Assembly (NCBI GenBank): GCA_000004695.1
Contig: CM000154.2
Location: forward strand, 512,001-576,000
Length of the DNA stretch: 64,000 bases
Direction: 5' to 3'
DNA from: Dictyostelium discoideum
Lineage: Eukaryota
This document shows, piece by piece, positions 26,849 through 51,600 of the stretch. The notes beneath the pieces were generated by a model. That model saw only the letters and a program-made list of their open reading frames with translations. It ran no database searches and had not been told where the DNA came from. Position 1 is the stretch's first letter. Each line of letters opens with the position of its first letter. The translations under genes were made by a program, and so were the position numbers.

Positions 26849-27255
26849 CCAAATTACATTAGTTTATACATTTTTTAAAATACCAACATTTTTACCAGTA
26901 ATTTATATATATCCACAAGTATATCAATATATTGAAGGTGGAGCAGATTTAATGTTTCAAGGTATAATAAATAAAGAAGATGTTCCAAAGACTCAAGGAT
27001 CATTGGTTTCAATTTGTTTGAGAGGTAGTAATTTTCCAATTGCATATGGTGAAACAATACAAGATTTAACTATCATCAATACAACCAATGTACCAACAAC
27101 ACCAGACACTCCAATTGAATATAAAGGTAAAGCAATATCAATCATTCATTATTTAAATGATAAATTATGGGAATATGGAACGAAAAAATTACCTGAAAAT
27201 TTTAAATCAAAAGAACTCGAACAACAAACTGATGATGATGATGATGATGCTGCTG

Positions 27256-27342
<87 letters not shown>

Positions 27343-27450
27343 ATGATGATGATGATGATGGTAGTGATAGTACTGATGATGGTAGTGATGATAATGAAAA
27401 TGGAGAAAATAATAAAAAGGAGAATATAGAAGTTAAGGATAGAACAAATA

Positions 27451-27481
<31 letters not shown>

Positions 27482-28646
27482 CACTACACAATCATCAAAC
27501 ATTGAAAATGATATAGATAATTTAAAGATTAAAGATAATGATAATGAAAAAGAAAATACTACTAAAACTACATCAACAACTATAGTTACAAAAGAAGAAA
27601 TGGATGAAATATTATTAATTAGTTTTTTAGGAGCAATAAAAAAGGGTATTGCAGATTCAGAATTACCAATGGTATTAAAAACAGTATTTACAAAGTATAT
27701 GCTTTATTATCAACCAAAGGATAGAGCAGAGATTAATATAAAGAAAAGTTCATATAAAAAGGTATCAATTTTCTTAAAGGAGATGCAAAAACAAGGTTTT
27801 ATTGAATTAAAAGAACCATCACCTGGTAATATAGTCTTATCAAAAATTAATAGAAACAATATAACCTATGGTAGATTTAAATTGGGTGAAATTGTTGGAC
27901 CAACAATCAATCAAAATAATGGTGATAGCGATGATGAAAATGGTGGTGATTTGGATTCATCAGATGATATCGATGATACATTTGGTACAACACAAAGAGA
28001 ATTTGTTCAAATTAAATCGATTAATGAAGTTTACTCAATTCCAAAACAATTAAAAGATTATTTAAATCAAAAGGAAATCGCCAATGCCAACGATAATGAT
28101 AGCATTGTTAAAAAGAAATATTATTCATCATCTGAAATTCAAAAATTGGTTAGTTCTTATATTATAGAGAATAAATTAGAAGATCCACAAAAAAGATCAA
28201 AGATTAAATTGGATTCATTCCTTAATAAATTAGTACCAAATTCTTTGATTCAAAAGAGTATTGATGTAAATGGTTTAATTGAAAAGAATAGTTTCTTTAT
28301 GACATTTAAAGATCATTCATTAAAGAGATATTTAGAGATTAATAGAGTAGATGATTCAAAAGAGTTTAAAGAATATGATCAAATCATTGTTCAAGTTAAA
28401 AAAATAGCAAATAGATTCGTTATTTTAGTTTCAAATTTAGAACTATTCTCAATACCTGTTAAAGAATTGGCAAATGAAGGTCAAAAATTATTTGCTGCAA
28501 GTACTTCAATCGATAAATTAAATTCTCATAAATCAACTTTAAAAATTCAAGGTAATGATTTAAATAGAGTTTCACAACATATTCAAAAGAAATATGGTAT
28601 ACCAAAGAAATATATCTCTGAAATTGATTTTAATAAAAAGAAATAA
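26405..28646 (+). CDS. eif2d: Translation initiation factor eIF2D/ligatin (DUF1947-PUA ... SWIB-like ... C-terminal SUI1 domain); exons 26405-26657 and 26863-28646
   Basis: Exon 1 'MSNKRHLFKNAFTVSSQSV...INDTIYPT' is the MCT-1/ligatin N-terminus. A GTATGT donor at 26658 (phase 1), a 205-nt intron containing (ATT)29 and an AG at 26861-26862 join it to '...VYTFFKIPTFLPV...GGADLMFQGII' (PUA). The C-terminus 'KLNSHKSTLKIQGNDLNRVSQHIQKKYGIPKKYI' matches the SUI1/eIF1 fold. Confidence 0.8.
26760..26846. repeat. (ATT)29 microsatellite inside the eIF2D intron
   Basis: Perfect 'att' repeats. Confidence 0.9.
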
Positions 28647-28811
28647 AAATAAAAATAAAATTTATAAAAACAAACATCGGTGTATATATATATGTATTCT
28701 TTTTTTTTTTTTTTTTTTTTAAAGTTATCCTTTATATTTATTTTTACTATTTTAAAATTGAGATTACAATGAATAGAAAAATTGATTGGGTTATTTGGTA
28801 TTTGATTATTT

Positions 28812-29420
28812 TTAATTTGTTGGTTGTGGAACAATATAACATTGACCATTTGAACTACAAGCATAACCAGAGGCACAATTGAGAGTGTATTGACATTTAC
28901 CATTGGAACAAACATCGGTGGTACATGCTCTATTATCATTACAATTTGCATTGGTTGAACAGCTAGTTACACCATTAATTGCTGGATTTACAGTATAGGA
29001 GCAACCAAAGGTTTGTAAACAATTAACAATTGTTGAATTATTATTATCATTACAATTAACTGCTGTATGAATACAACCTGATGTACTATTACATGAATCA
29101 ATTGTACATTTATTTAAATCATCACAACCATTCCAATGACGACCATATTCACATGCAAATGTTTCAAAATTACAACTTACACTTGCACATGCACTATGGG
29201 ATGGACTTTGTTTACAATTTGAAACACATTGTTTATATTCATTTGTTGATTCACAATCTACCCATTGATCAAGTACATTAAAACAACTACCATAGAAATT
29301 GTATGCAACAGTGCATGGATTATTATCATCTGGACATGTTTGACCATTAACAAAAATTTCAACATTAAAAATTGAGTTGGAAATTATTGGAATTAAAATA
29401 ATTAAAATAATTGATTTCAT
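28812..29420 (-). CDS. Secreted cysteine-rich protein with Dicty_CTDC-type repeats
   Basis: 202-aa ORF with signal peptide MKSIILIILIPIISNS. Repeats fit the CTDC pattern C-D-D-x-N-x-C-T-x-D-x-C-x4-G-C-x-H: 'CDDLNKCTIDSCNSTSGCIHT', 'CNDNRACTTDVCSNGKCQYT' and 'CPDDNNPCTVAYNFYGSC'. Confidence 0.7.
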   Translation of the reverse strand: MKSIILIILIPIISNSIFNVEIFVNGQTCPDDNNPCTVAYNFYGSCFNVLDQWVDCESTNEYKQCVSNCKQSPSHSACASVSCNFETFACEYGRHWNGCDDLNKCTIDSCNSTSGCIHTAVNCNDNNNSTIVNCLQTFGCSYTVNPAINGVTSCSTNANCNDNRACTTDVCSNGKCQYTLNCASGYACSSNGQCYIVPQPTN

Positions 29421-29939
29421 TCTTTTATTAAAAAATATTTTTTTTTTTTTTTTTTTTTTTTTTTATTTTATTTAAATATTATATATTTAACTTTTATTAT
29501 AATTGTTTTAATTTAAATTTTTTTTTCTTTAAATACTTTATTTTAAAAATTAAAATTTATTATTTTTTTTTAAAATAAATAATGTAAAACTAAAACTCAT
29601 TTTATAATTCTAAAAATAAAAAAAAACTATTTTTAGAATTAAATAAAATATTTCAAATCAAACCCACTCCCTATTATTTTTTCAAATATAAGAATTCTAA
29701 ACATTTTCTCTCTATTAACCTTTAAAAACACCAATCAATAAAAAATTAATTTCCATTCCATCACTTTAAATATTGAAATCCATCACTTTTTTAAATAACT
29801 GTATTGATTCCTATTAATTTAATGACAACATCAGTGTGTTAAAAAAAAAAAAAAAAAAAATTGTGTTAATTGAATTATTAATAATTATATATTTTTATTA
29901 TTATTTTTTGAGCTTAAAATCTATTCAATTTAAACAGAT

Positions 29940-30612
29940 TTATAGTAACTCTGGTTTAATTAAACCATTTGATAATAAGTGTTCAATCATTGTTTTGATT
30001 GTTTCCTCTAATGAGACGAAAGATTTAAAACCTAATTCATCAATTAATCTATTTGATCTTAATGAATATGAATGTGGTTCCTCTGGAAGATTAACAATGT
30101 TTGTATTGTATTTGAATTGTGGGAATTGTTTCATTGCAACTTCAATAAAGTTCTTAAATGTAACTACTGATTGATTGATTGTAATTCTTTTGTTATCAGC
30201 ATTTTCACTTTCCAAAGCAAGAATATGAGCAGTTGAAACATCTTGGACATTAACAATACCTATTGAGATTGGTGGTGGTGGCACTGCTTCAAATAATTGT
30301 TTAATAATAACCCCAACACTTGAATTAATCAAAGTTGATAAAGCAGCTCCTAAAATGAAAGTTGGATTCATTACAACCAATTTAAAGTGGTTAGCGGATT
30401 CATCTTTTTCATTTTCCTTAACGAATTCCCAGGCTGCTTTTTCAGCTTCAACTTTTGAATAAGCATATGGATTAGAAATTGGTGGACTTGCCCAATCATC
30501 ATCATTGTATTCAGTTTTTTCTGTATTTGTAAAATCAACTACAGCCAAACCTGAAGAAGTTACAATAACTTTTTTAATTGATTTAATTTTTGAAGCAGCC
30601 TATTTAAAATAA

Positions 30613-30672
<60 letters not shown>

Positions 30673-31075
30673 TAATTATTAGTTATAATTTGATATTAGT
30701 TATAGTTTTAAATTAATTTTAAATATTTACTTTTAAGACAGCAACAGTACCATTAATTGCTGGGTCAATAATTTCTTTTTGGACATCTTCGGCAGTATAA
30801 ATAAATGGAGAGGCCGTGTGAATTACATAATCAACACCATTTAAAACGGTTTCATAATCAACATTTTCTAATTCACCACCAGAGAAGGATAATCTTTGAT
30901 CTTTATCAAATGATTTTAAGGTTTTTAATTTTTCTTGATTATTTGGATCACGAACCAAGGCCAATACTTTGTAGTTCTTTTCAAGTAAATCACGAACAAT
31001 ATATGTTCCTATGAAACCAGTGGCTCCGGTGACGGCAACAGTTTTTGAACTATTTGTAACTTCAGTGTTTGTCAT
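29940..31075 (-). CDS. NAD(P)-dependent epimerase/dehydratase family protein (cinnamoyl-CoA reductase/3-beta-HSD-like extended SDR); exons 31075-30731 and 30599-29940
   Basis: Exon 1 has the Rossmann motif 'VAVTGATGFIGTYIVRDLL'. A GTAAAT donor (plus 30725-30730), an intron carrying (AAT)20 and an ...AAATAG acceptor lead to exon 2. Exon 2 has 'VIVTSS' and the catalytic YxxxK in 'YAYSKVEAEK'. Confidence 0.75.
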
Positions 31076-31712
31076 TTTTAGCTTTTTTGACTTTCTAAAA
31101 TAAAAAAAAATAAAACTTTTCTTTTTTTATTTTCAAAGTTTTTTTTTTTTTTTCAAATAAAATTTTTAATAATTTCACCAAAATAATGGAAATCTTTGAT
31201 AGCGTGATCACTGAAAAAATGATTGGATGATATTTTAAATCAAACTAAAATAAGTTTTTTTTTTTTTTTTTTTTTGTATTTCAGGTTTTCAAACTATCTT
31301 CAAAAAAAAAAAAAATGGATAATATATTTACTAAATAATTTAACCATACTTTTTTTTTTTAGTATTTTGTCTATTATCTACCCTTTTTCAAATATATAAT
31401 ATGAGATAATTATTAATTTTAAATTATTTTTTTTAAAATGATATTTTTTTTTTTTTTACTGGGGTCCATTATTTATTTTAATTAAAATCAGTTTAATAAA
31501 AAAAAAAAAAAAAAAATTGTTCAACAAGATTTGGGAAATAAAAAAAATATCATTATAATAACCACAAATTAAAAAAAAAAAAAAAAACTAAATAAAATTC
31601 CACTGGTTATCATAAAAAAAAAAAAAAATAGATGTTATCTAGATATAGATAATTTCGAACACTATTCTATTTTATAGTTTGTGTTAAAACTTTTATTTAT
31701 TAATATTATTAT

Positions 31713-31820
31713 TTATATTGTTGCATTTATATCAGTAATAGATGGTGGTTTTGTTGATGTCTTAGAATCAGTTTGAATCGGCTTAGTTTGTTGTTGTGTT
31801 TGTTGTTGCTGTTGTTGCGT

Positions 31821-31905
<85 letters not shown>

Positions 31906-32712
31906 GGTGGTTGTGATAATTCTATATCATTTTTAAATTTTGTAGAAGGTTGTTCAAAATTTAAACCTTTTTTATGAGATAAATAACGCAGAGCATGATA
32001 TTTGAAAATATTAGGATAAGGACTAAAATTTCTATGTAGAGCCAAGATTGCCTCATCCTTTTCCAAAAGTAAATCTATTAGAGCATTTTCTTGTTGTTCA
32101 GTTAATTTTAAAGATTCTTCAGCGACACCGCCTTTACCTAATTTTGAAACGTATTGGATTGCTTGATCGAGTTTAATATTTTCCTTATCTTTAATATCTA
32201 ATGTTACACCTCTCTTTGGGATGGAGTCGAATCTTGACCAAAAGATAACACCACCATCAGGTACCATCTTTAAATCTTTATTCTTTATACATGGTTCAGT
32301 GAAATGTGGTGGTGTCCATCTTGATAAATATTTGACATCACTAAAATCTAACTCTACACCTGGAAATAATGCTGGTTGTTGCTTAATGATTTCATTCTTT
32401 AATCTATTCAAATTATTGGTTCTAATTACAATTGATACCATCTCACCATCTGGATATTCTATAGTTCTAACTAATTTTCCAAATATAAATGTTTTCATTG
32501 AGTGAAATACAATTGATGATCCCTAAATTAATTAATTTTTATTATTTTAATTATTTTTGATATTATTATTATTATTATTATTATTTGATATTTTAATTAT
32601 TATTATTATTAATATTGTTACATACACCCATATAACGCCAACTGCCTTCGATCACAGGTAGTGATTTTGCCATTAAGGCACCTGCAGCAAAAAACATCCA
32701 ACTCCCCCCCAT
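31713..32712 (-). CDS. Hypothetical conserved protein with a GC-rich first mini-exon (hydrophobic N-terminus) and a C-terminal poly-Gln tract of more than 45 residues; exons 32712-32617 and 32522-31713
   Basis: 261-aa track ORF. Upstream, a GC-richer block encodes 'MGGSWMFFAAGALMAKSLPVIEGSWRYMG', ending in a GTATGT donor. The acceptor AATTTAG (AG at plus 32523-32524) joins in phase 0 to 'GSSIVFHSMKTFIFGKL...'. The (CAA/CAG)n at 31795-31910 encodes the poly-Q tract. Exon 1 is tentative. Confidence 0.45.
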
Positions 32713-33039
32713 ACATATATCTCTTTTATTTTATTTTATTTTTTTTTTTTAAATTAGGCAAATATTATAATTTAAATAAGATTAAAAAAAAAAAATAAAA
32801 ATAAAAATAAAAAGTAAGCACTTTTTTTTTTTTTTTTCCTTTTTCTTTTTTGTGTAGATAAATATATTATCTAAAAATAAATGAATTGGTTAAATTAACA
32901 CAAAAAATCGATTTTTAATTTCATAATTGTAAAAAATTAAAAAAAAAAAAAAAAAAAAAAAAATATTCATTTTCATTTTTTTTAATTTTATTTTTAATTT
33001 TTTTTTAATTTTTTTTTTTTTTAACAATGATTTAATTTT

Positions 33040-33135
33040 AAACTTAATATGAATTTAGAATATAAAAATAAAACACACAAAAATACATAAAATGATTTTA
33101 AAAATCAAAAAAACCAATGAAACCATTCTTTTTTT
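33040..33135 (-). repeat. Fourth copy (inverted) of the ~95-bp dispersed repeat core
   Basis: The reverse complement '...tgatttttaaaatcattttatgtatttttgtgtgttttatttttatattctaaattcatattaag' aligns with the 17755-17830 and 18076-18125 cores. Confidence 0.55.
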
Positions 33136-33367
33136 TTTTTTTAATTTTTTTTTTTTTTTTCAATCAAAAATTTTATTCTTGGAATTTAATTATTTGTTAA
33201 TTAAATGACTATTTTTGGATTAAACAATTAATATAAATAAAAAAAAATAAAAAAATTACAAATGAGGATATAATTTAAAAATACATGTAAGGATTTTAAT
33301 TGAAAAACATAAAAGTTTATTTTTATTTTTATTTTATTTTTAATTTTTTTTTATTTATATTTATTGT

Positions 33368-37255
<3,888 letters not shown>

Positions 37256-37310
37256 TCTTTATACGTTTAAAACTATTATTATTTCTTTCTTTCTTCTCTT
37301 TGTTTTAGGT

Positions 37311-37355
<45 letters not shown>

Positions 37356-37643
37356 GTTTGGTGATTAATGGTGTATTTTACAAATTAAAAATATATTGTA
37401 CACTCTATACTAAAATATATACTTCTTTTTTTATTGATGTAGTATATATATAATAGTAATAGGAATAAAAATAATAATAAAAATTAAATAATAAAAAAGT
37501 AATTCAAAAAAAAAAAAAAAAAAGATTGTGGTTCGCTTTGTGACTTTTTTTAAAAAAAAAAAAAAAAAATTTTTTTTTGAAAAAAAAAAAAATAAAAAAA
37601 AAAATAAAAAAATAAATATTAAAATCAAAAAAAATTAAAAAAG

Positions 37644-37689
<46 letters not shown>

Positions 37690-38084
37690 TTTATGATTGT
37701 TAGAATAAACATCATTTATTTGAGTTGATTATATTTTTTTTATTTGTTTATTTTTAATTTAATTTTTTTTTTCTTTTTATAGTTATAAAAATTAATTTGA
37801 TCACTACAAAGGCGATTACAACAAGGATAAATATAAAAATATTTAGATTTTGAACTATTATCAAAAATATAATTAAATAAATATAAAAAAATAAAAATAA
37901 AAATATTTTAAACAAATATTTGCAAAAATGAAGTGTTTTAATTTAAATAAATTTTTTTTATTTTTTTCACTTTTTTTTTTTTTTTTTTTTTTTTGGCCAT
38001 GATCAAAATTTATTCCCAAAACGCTTTTTTTTTTTTTTTTTTTTTTTTTTTTTCTAAAAGTTAATGTATCTTTATTTCAAATGA

Positions 38085-40643
<2,559 letters not shown>

Positions 40644-40794
40644 AACAAAAAATATTTAAAATAATAAAATTTATTATTTTTTTTGACATTATAAACAAAA
40701 CCGAATAAAAAAAACTATTTAATTTTTTTTTTTTTTAATTTAACTAATTAGTTTACAAAATTTTTTAAAAATTCTTTTATTATGGTAATTAAAT

Positions 40795-41335
40795 TTACCA
40801 TGCCATAACTTTTTGAATAATTGGACTAATGACAGCACCCAATTTCATATGACCATTTATAGATGGATGACCATTACAACCAAAATCAGTTGGCTCAGTT
40901 AAAATGTTTTGAGCATCAATAAAAGTAGCACCAACCAATGTTGAAACGTTTGCAACATATTCACAACATGGATTACCAATCATTGGACCACAAATTAAAA
41001 AGATTTCGGGTTCAGCTTGAGCATAATTTGATTTAATTGTTTTTATAAATTCAATATAACCATTTTGGAATTGTTCTTGTGATGGTACTGGTTGAGTACT
41101 ATAATCATTGGTACCTAAATTAATTACAACTGCATCTGGAATATATTGATTGAAATCCCATTCAATAGATGGATCTGTAGGGATTGTGTATGGATATAAA
41201 TCTGGAACTGTACCACTTGTTGAAGTTGGAGTTGGTGAACCATAATTACGTACAACGCCTCTACCTGACCATGCCTCTAAAAACATTTCACATTCCAATT
41301 CTCTTGCTGTAATAGATGCATATGTACTATAATTA

Positions 41336-41367
<32 letters not shown>

Positions 41368-42153
41368 TTAATATTGGTATGAAAAAAAAAAACTTTAAAT
41401 AATAAAATTAAATACAAACTCGTAATTATCTTCAGTAATTGCTTGGAAATTACATGGTGCAGTACCTAAATCACCATAACCACAGGTAATTGAATCACCA
41501 ATGAATTCAATTTTACGAGTTGGTTTTTGTTGTGGTACAGTTTTACCAGTTGAATCAACTGAAAAGCCATAGAAACGAACCTCACCAAAGGAGGCTTCAG
41601 TTCTTTTTGATAGTACAATTGAATAGGTTTGAGTTGGATCTAAATTAGTCGAACCAATTATATCATATTCTTGATGAGCTACTGAACTAACATTGAATGG
41701 TGTTAATATAGCATTGTTTACAATTACATCGAACCAATTATCACCTACTGAATCTAAAATTGGTTTAATAGTTGTTGTGCCAGTGATTGAGAGTGAAATT
41801 TGACAACCACTCCATGAAAATCCATAATAGTTATCAGCTGATTGAGTTGTATCAAATCTACCAGAATATAAAATATTTTCATCATTTGGATAAATAATTG
41901 AGCCTGAATCTGAAGAAGATTGTGAATTTGTTGATGGTGTTGTTGATGTGGTTCCAGAATTTGATTCTGATGATAATGATGAATCTGAGAATGATGAACC
42001 TGAACCACCTGAACCTGATAATGATGAATCTGAGAATGATGAACCAGAACCAGAACCAGATAATGAAGCTCCTGAGCCAGAACCTGTACCAGCACATATA
42101 CTATTTATACATAATAAAACTACAACAAATAAAGATATTATTACCTTTTTCAT
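40795..42153 (-). CDS. Secreted SGNH/GDSL hydrolase, carbohydrate-esterase CE2-like (N-terminal beta-sandwich plus SGNH domain) with a Gly/Ser-rich linker; 2 exons with an intron at about 41299-41400
   Basis: ATG at plus 42153 (MKKVIISLFVVVLLCINS signal peptide). Then (SGSG)n. SGNH block I is 'IEFIGDSITCGYG', block III is 'VINLGTNDY' and block V is 'CNGHPSINGH'. The second exon begins at an ...ATTATAG acceptor ('YSTYASITARELECEMF...'). The exon 1 donor position is ambiguous (GTTTGT or GTATTT). Confidence 0.65.
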
Positions 42154-42178
42154 TTTTTGACTCAATTTTTTTTTTTTG

Positions 42179-42216
<38 letters not shown>

Positions 42217-42898
42217 AAAAATAAAACAAAATTCGAATATCTTGTTGAAAAATAATTTTTAAAAAAAAAAAGTATTGGAGCGAACAAAAAAAAGGAATAT
42301 CTTATTTTATTCTAATTTGTTTCTGAGATTACCAAAAACAATTATTTGTAATTCACTAAAAAAAATAAAAATAAAAAGTAAAAATAAAAAATAAATATAA
42401 AAAATAAAAAAAAAAAAAACGAATTCGTTTTATTACCAAAAACAATTATTCGTGATTTACTAAAAAAAAAAAAATTAAAAAAAATTAAAAAATAAAAATT
42501 TAAATTTAAATTTAAAAAAAAAAAAAAAATTAAAAAAAAATTAAAAAATAATCAGGATTAATTTTGAATAAATAAAGTTATTTTGAAAAAGATTTATTTA
42601 TTCAAAAACAGGTCAATTTTAAAAGAAAAAAAAAAAAAAAAAAATTTTTTAAAAAATTTACATTCACCATTTTTTTTTTTTTTTTTTTTTAATAAGACCC
42701 AAAACCAAACATTTAAATAATATTAAACAATATTTGTTAAGATTTATTTTATAATTAAATCCAGTATGTAATTATGAGAAATAAAGAAAAAAATGAAGTT
42801 CGAAAAAAAAAAAAAAAGGAACTTAAAAAAAAAAAACACATATAAAAAATAAATACTATTTATAAATAAACTTTTTTTTTTTTTTTTTTTTAAACTAT

Positions 42899-47973
<5,075 letters not shown>

Positions 47974-48430
47974 TGTATTTTTTTTTTTTTTTTTTTTTTT
48001 TTAATAAGGTGATTATTTAATTTTTTTCTTTTTTTTCATATTATTTTTTCTTTTTATAATAATATTTCACTATTTTCTTATAAATTGATTTTTAATTATT
48101 TTCATCACAACTTTTATTAGATGAATATATAAATAGAAAATTATAAAAAACAAAAATAAATTAATAATAGTTAAAAAAAAAAAAGAAATAATTAAAAAAA
48201 AAAAAAAATAAAAAAAAAAGAATTTAATTAAATAATTATATTATACTCTTGTTTTTTATTTTAATTTTACCACACTTCAATAATTAACATACTCTCCCCA
48301 TTGTTTTTTAATATTACCACACACTAATGAGTTTTCGTAACCCTATTATTTGTATATATTATTTTTTTTATTCATTTATTTTTTATTTTAAAAGGGGTTT
48401 GAGAATATTTTCAATATTATTATTAGTTTA

Positions 48431-48470
<40 letters not shown>

Positions 48471-48543
48471 TTGTTAATAAATATTATATTTTATATTTAA
48501 CAATTTATTTATTTAAAAAAATGTAATAGAGAAAAAAAAAATT

Positions 48544-48620
48544 TCAACTATCTAATGATGGATCCATTGATTTTCTTCTTTTAGTATTAATATTAATATT
48601 ATTATTATTATTATTATTAA

Positions 48621-48687
<67 letters not shown>

Positions 48688-51600
48688 GATAGTATTATTA
48701 TTAATATTTGGACTACTATTTGCAGATTTTGAAATTATTTTAGATTTTAATTTTTTTTTTGGTTTTTTAAATAAATTTGGGAGATTATTAATAGATTTGT
48801 TTTTAGGAATTGTTGGATTANNNNNNNNNNNNNNNNNNNNNNNNNNNNNNNNNNNNNNNNNNNNNNNNNNNNNNNNNNNNNNNNNNNNNNNNNNNNNNNN
48901 NNNNNNNNNNNNNNNNNNNNTTTAAAAAATCAATAGATTGAGAACTTGGTGAATTTGTAGTTTGTTTAGGTATTTGATTTGGATAAATTTGATTATTATT
49001 ATACTTTCTTTTATTTTGATCCCAATGATTAAATAAAGAATAAATGCCTTCACCTATATCATCTTCTTCATCTTCATCTTCATCTTCTGAACTAAATGTT
49101 TCATGAATATTAAAGATTGGATTATTATTAAAATTATTATTCTTTTTTTCAATTAAAAACATTTTATAAAATATTAATAAATCTTTATTTCTTTGAATAT
49201 CTCTTTCTTGAGTTTCAATTGTTTTTTTTAAAGTTGAGACTATTTGTTTTCTTCTAAATAAAAAATTGATTTTTGGGATGAAAATTATTGATAATGTTGC
49301 AAATACTAAAATTGAAGAACCAATTGAATAAATTAAATAAATTGTTGTTGGATTATTTTGTAATGTATAAAATAAAGGTATTAGCACAATGAAAACCAAT
49401 GTATAATTGTAAATTAATATTGAATTAAATAATGATTCATAAAAAGTTCCAGGTGTTGAATGATATCTTTTACTTTTCATTGCAATGAAACAAGATGTTA
49501 ATAATATGATAACTTCATAAACCACTATTACAATTGAAAAAACATAATACTTTCTTGATATACAATACTTTGTAGCTGTTTTTGTATGTAAATCCAAAAT
49601 GAATGTTGGTTTTGAAGGATATACAATGACACCAATTAATACCAATAAAAAAACAGGCACCATTATTAGTCCGGCATATTTAACCATTTTTAAATTATCT
49701 GTATTAATTTTTAAAAAATCACTATACTTGAATAGTTTATAGATTTTATATTGCTTTAATAGTGTTAGGGTAAATAAAATTCCAATTCCAATGGGGAAAA
49801 CAATTGCACTGAATTGACATGAAAAATTGGTAGGTTCAATTGAAACATATATAATTATACAAAGGAAAAGGCAAGAGAAAAGCATTAGAATTAAAAATAC
49901 AATATTTCCAAAATTGATCACTTTTTCTTTACTATAGGCAATGGTAATTCCAAAACAAAGTAGAATCAATAATACTAAAATCGAAGTTGTAATGATCATT
50001 ACAGTTTTTGCAATATTTGAAGTTTCAATTGTTTTTAAACATTGGAAAACTTTTCCTTGATAAGATACATCAAACATTTCTTCACCTTGTGGGCAATTTA
50101 AAATTGATATTGGTAATTTTACATCACCTTTTTTAGGATTAGATTTATAGGAAAGGTTACAAAAGTGATTTTCTGGTGAATTAACTTTTAAATTATATAA
50201 TGCTGTAACACCATTCAATTGAATTGTACTTGAGGTTACACCAGTTAGATGAATATCGTCACATGAACTTACATGAAATCTTATATCATTCTTTCCTCTA
50301 ATTAAATTATCAAATTGATCGAATGCGTAGATTAATGCTGGAAAATGTTCATTTGAATGTACTTTTGAGGCTTGAATAACAGAAAATGAATGAAATCCAC
50401 TATTTATATTATTTCCAAAATGGGCAATATTATTTAAAAATAAACATGATTCACATGTATACTTAGTGCCAATGATTTTATCTCTATAGTAAACTATAGC
50501 ACCAGAAACCAATGCTGTATTATTAACGATTGTATCATTTTTAAATGTACTAAAACATTGAAAATCCGTATGCCAATAGTTGAATCTTTTCTTTACAAAA
50601 TTTATAATTGTACCATAGACACTTGTATTATTTATAAAATAATTATTGGTTGAAGTTAATTTTCCAAGTTGATCAACAGATATTATACATCCTCTAGTTT
50701 TTCCTATATTATTTTTAAAAATTGAATTATAAATTTGTAAAGTATATTCATTTCTTACAGCAATCAATTCATTTCTAACTATATTATTAAAGAATTTAGA
50801 TTCAATTATTATCATTGAAGAGTTATAAGTTGTGAAAACCATTAAAATTCCATTGTTATCAATAAAATTGTTTCTAAATAGAATTCCTCTTGCACCATTT
50901 CTTAAAACCACTAAATAATCTTCAGCTTTACATTCAATAAATGTTGTACTAATTGAAAAGAAATAACCTTGAGAATGTATATTTATAACTTTACTTGAAA
51001 CATTATAGAAAGTTGTATTGTACACTACAATGATCGCATTTGATGTACACCAAATTACATTTCCTTTTGAATTTGATACCCTTGAATCTTTTAATAATAA
51101 AAAGTTATAATTTGAAATTGAGAAAAGTGATTGAATAATTTGTCTTTTGAAATTATCACTAAATGTAAATTCACAATTGGTGAACATTGCAAGACCTGAG
51201 CCATGATTTTCAACAATCAAAGAGGATGGCGCATAGTTGTCATTGAAAATCGATAATGTAACAAATAGTATAGTTCTATCGACCAATGAAAAAACACCAC
51301 CCATTGCTGATGCCATATTTTCTTGGTAAAGACAACTCTTTTGAAATGCAAAGCTATTTTGAATGTTTGCAATGGCTGATATATTCGCATAGTTTGCATA
51401 GAATGAACATCTTGTACTTTCAATTTTTGAATCATTAAAAATTAGAAAAACACCACCATTAGATGCTTGGTTGTATGCAAAAACCGTATCTTCAACTCTA
51501 AGTTCACTATTAGATTGAACTATTACTCCACCTGTAATTGCCATATTATTTTTAAAGATTGACTTTAAAATGATTGCATTGGTTGACAATCCAAAGAAAA

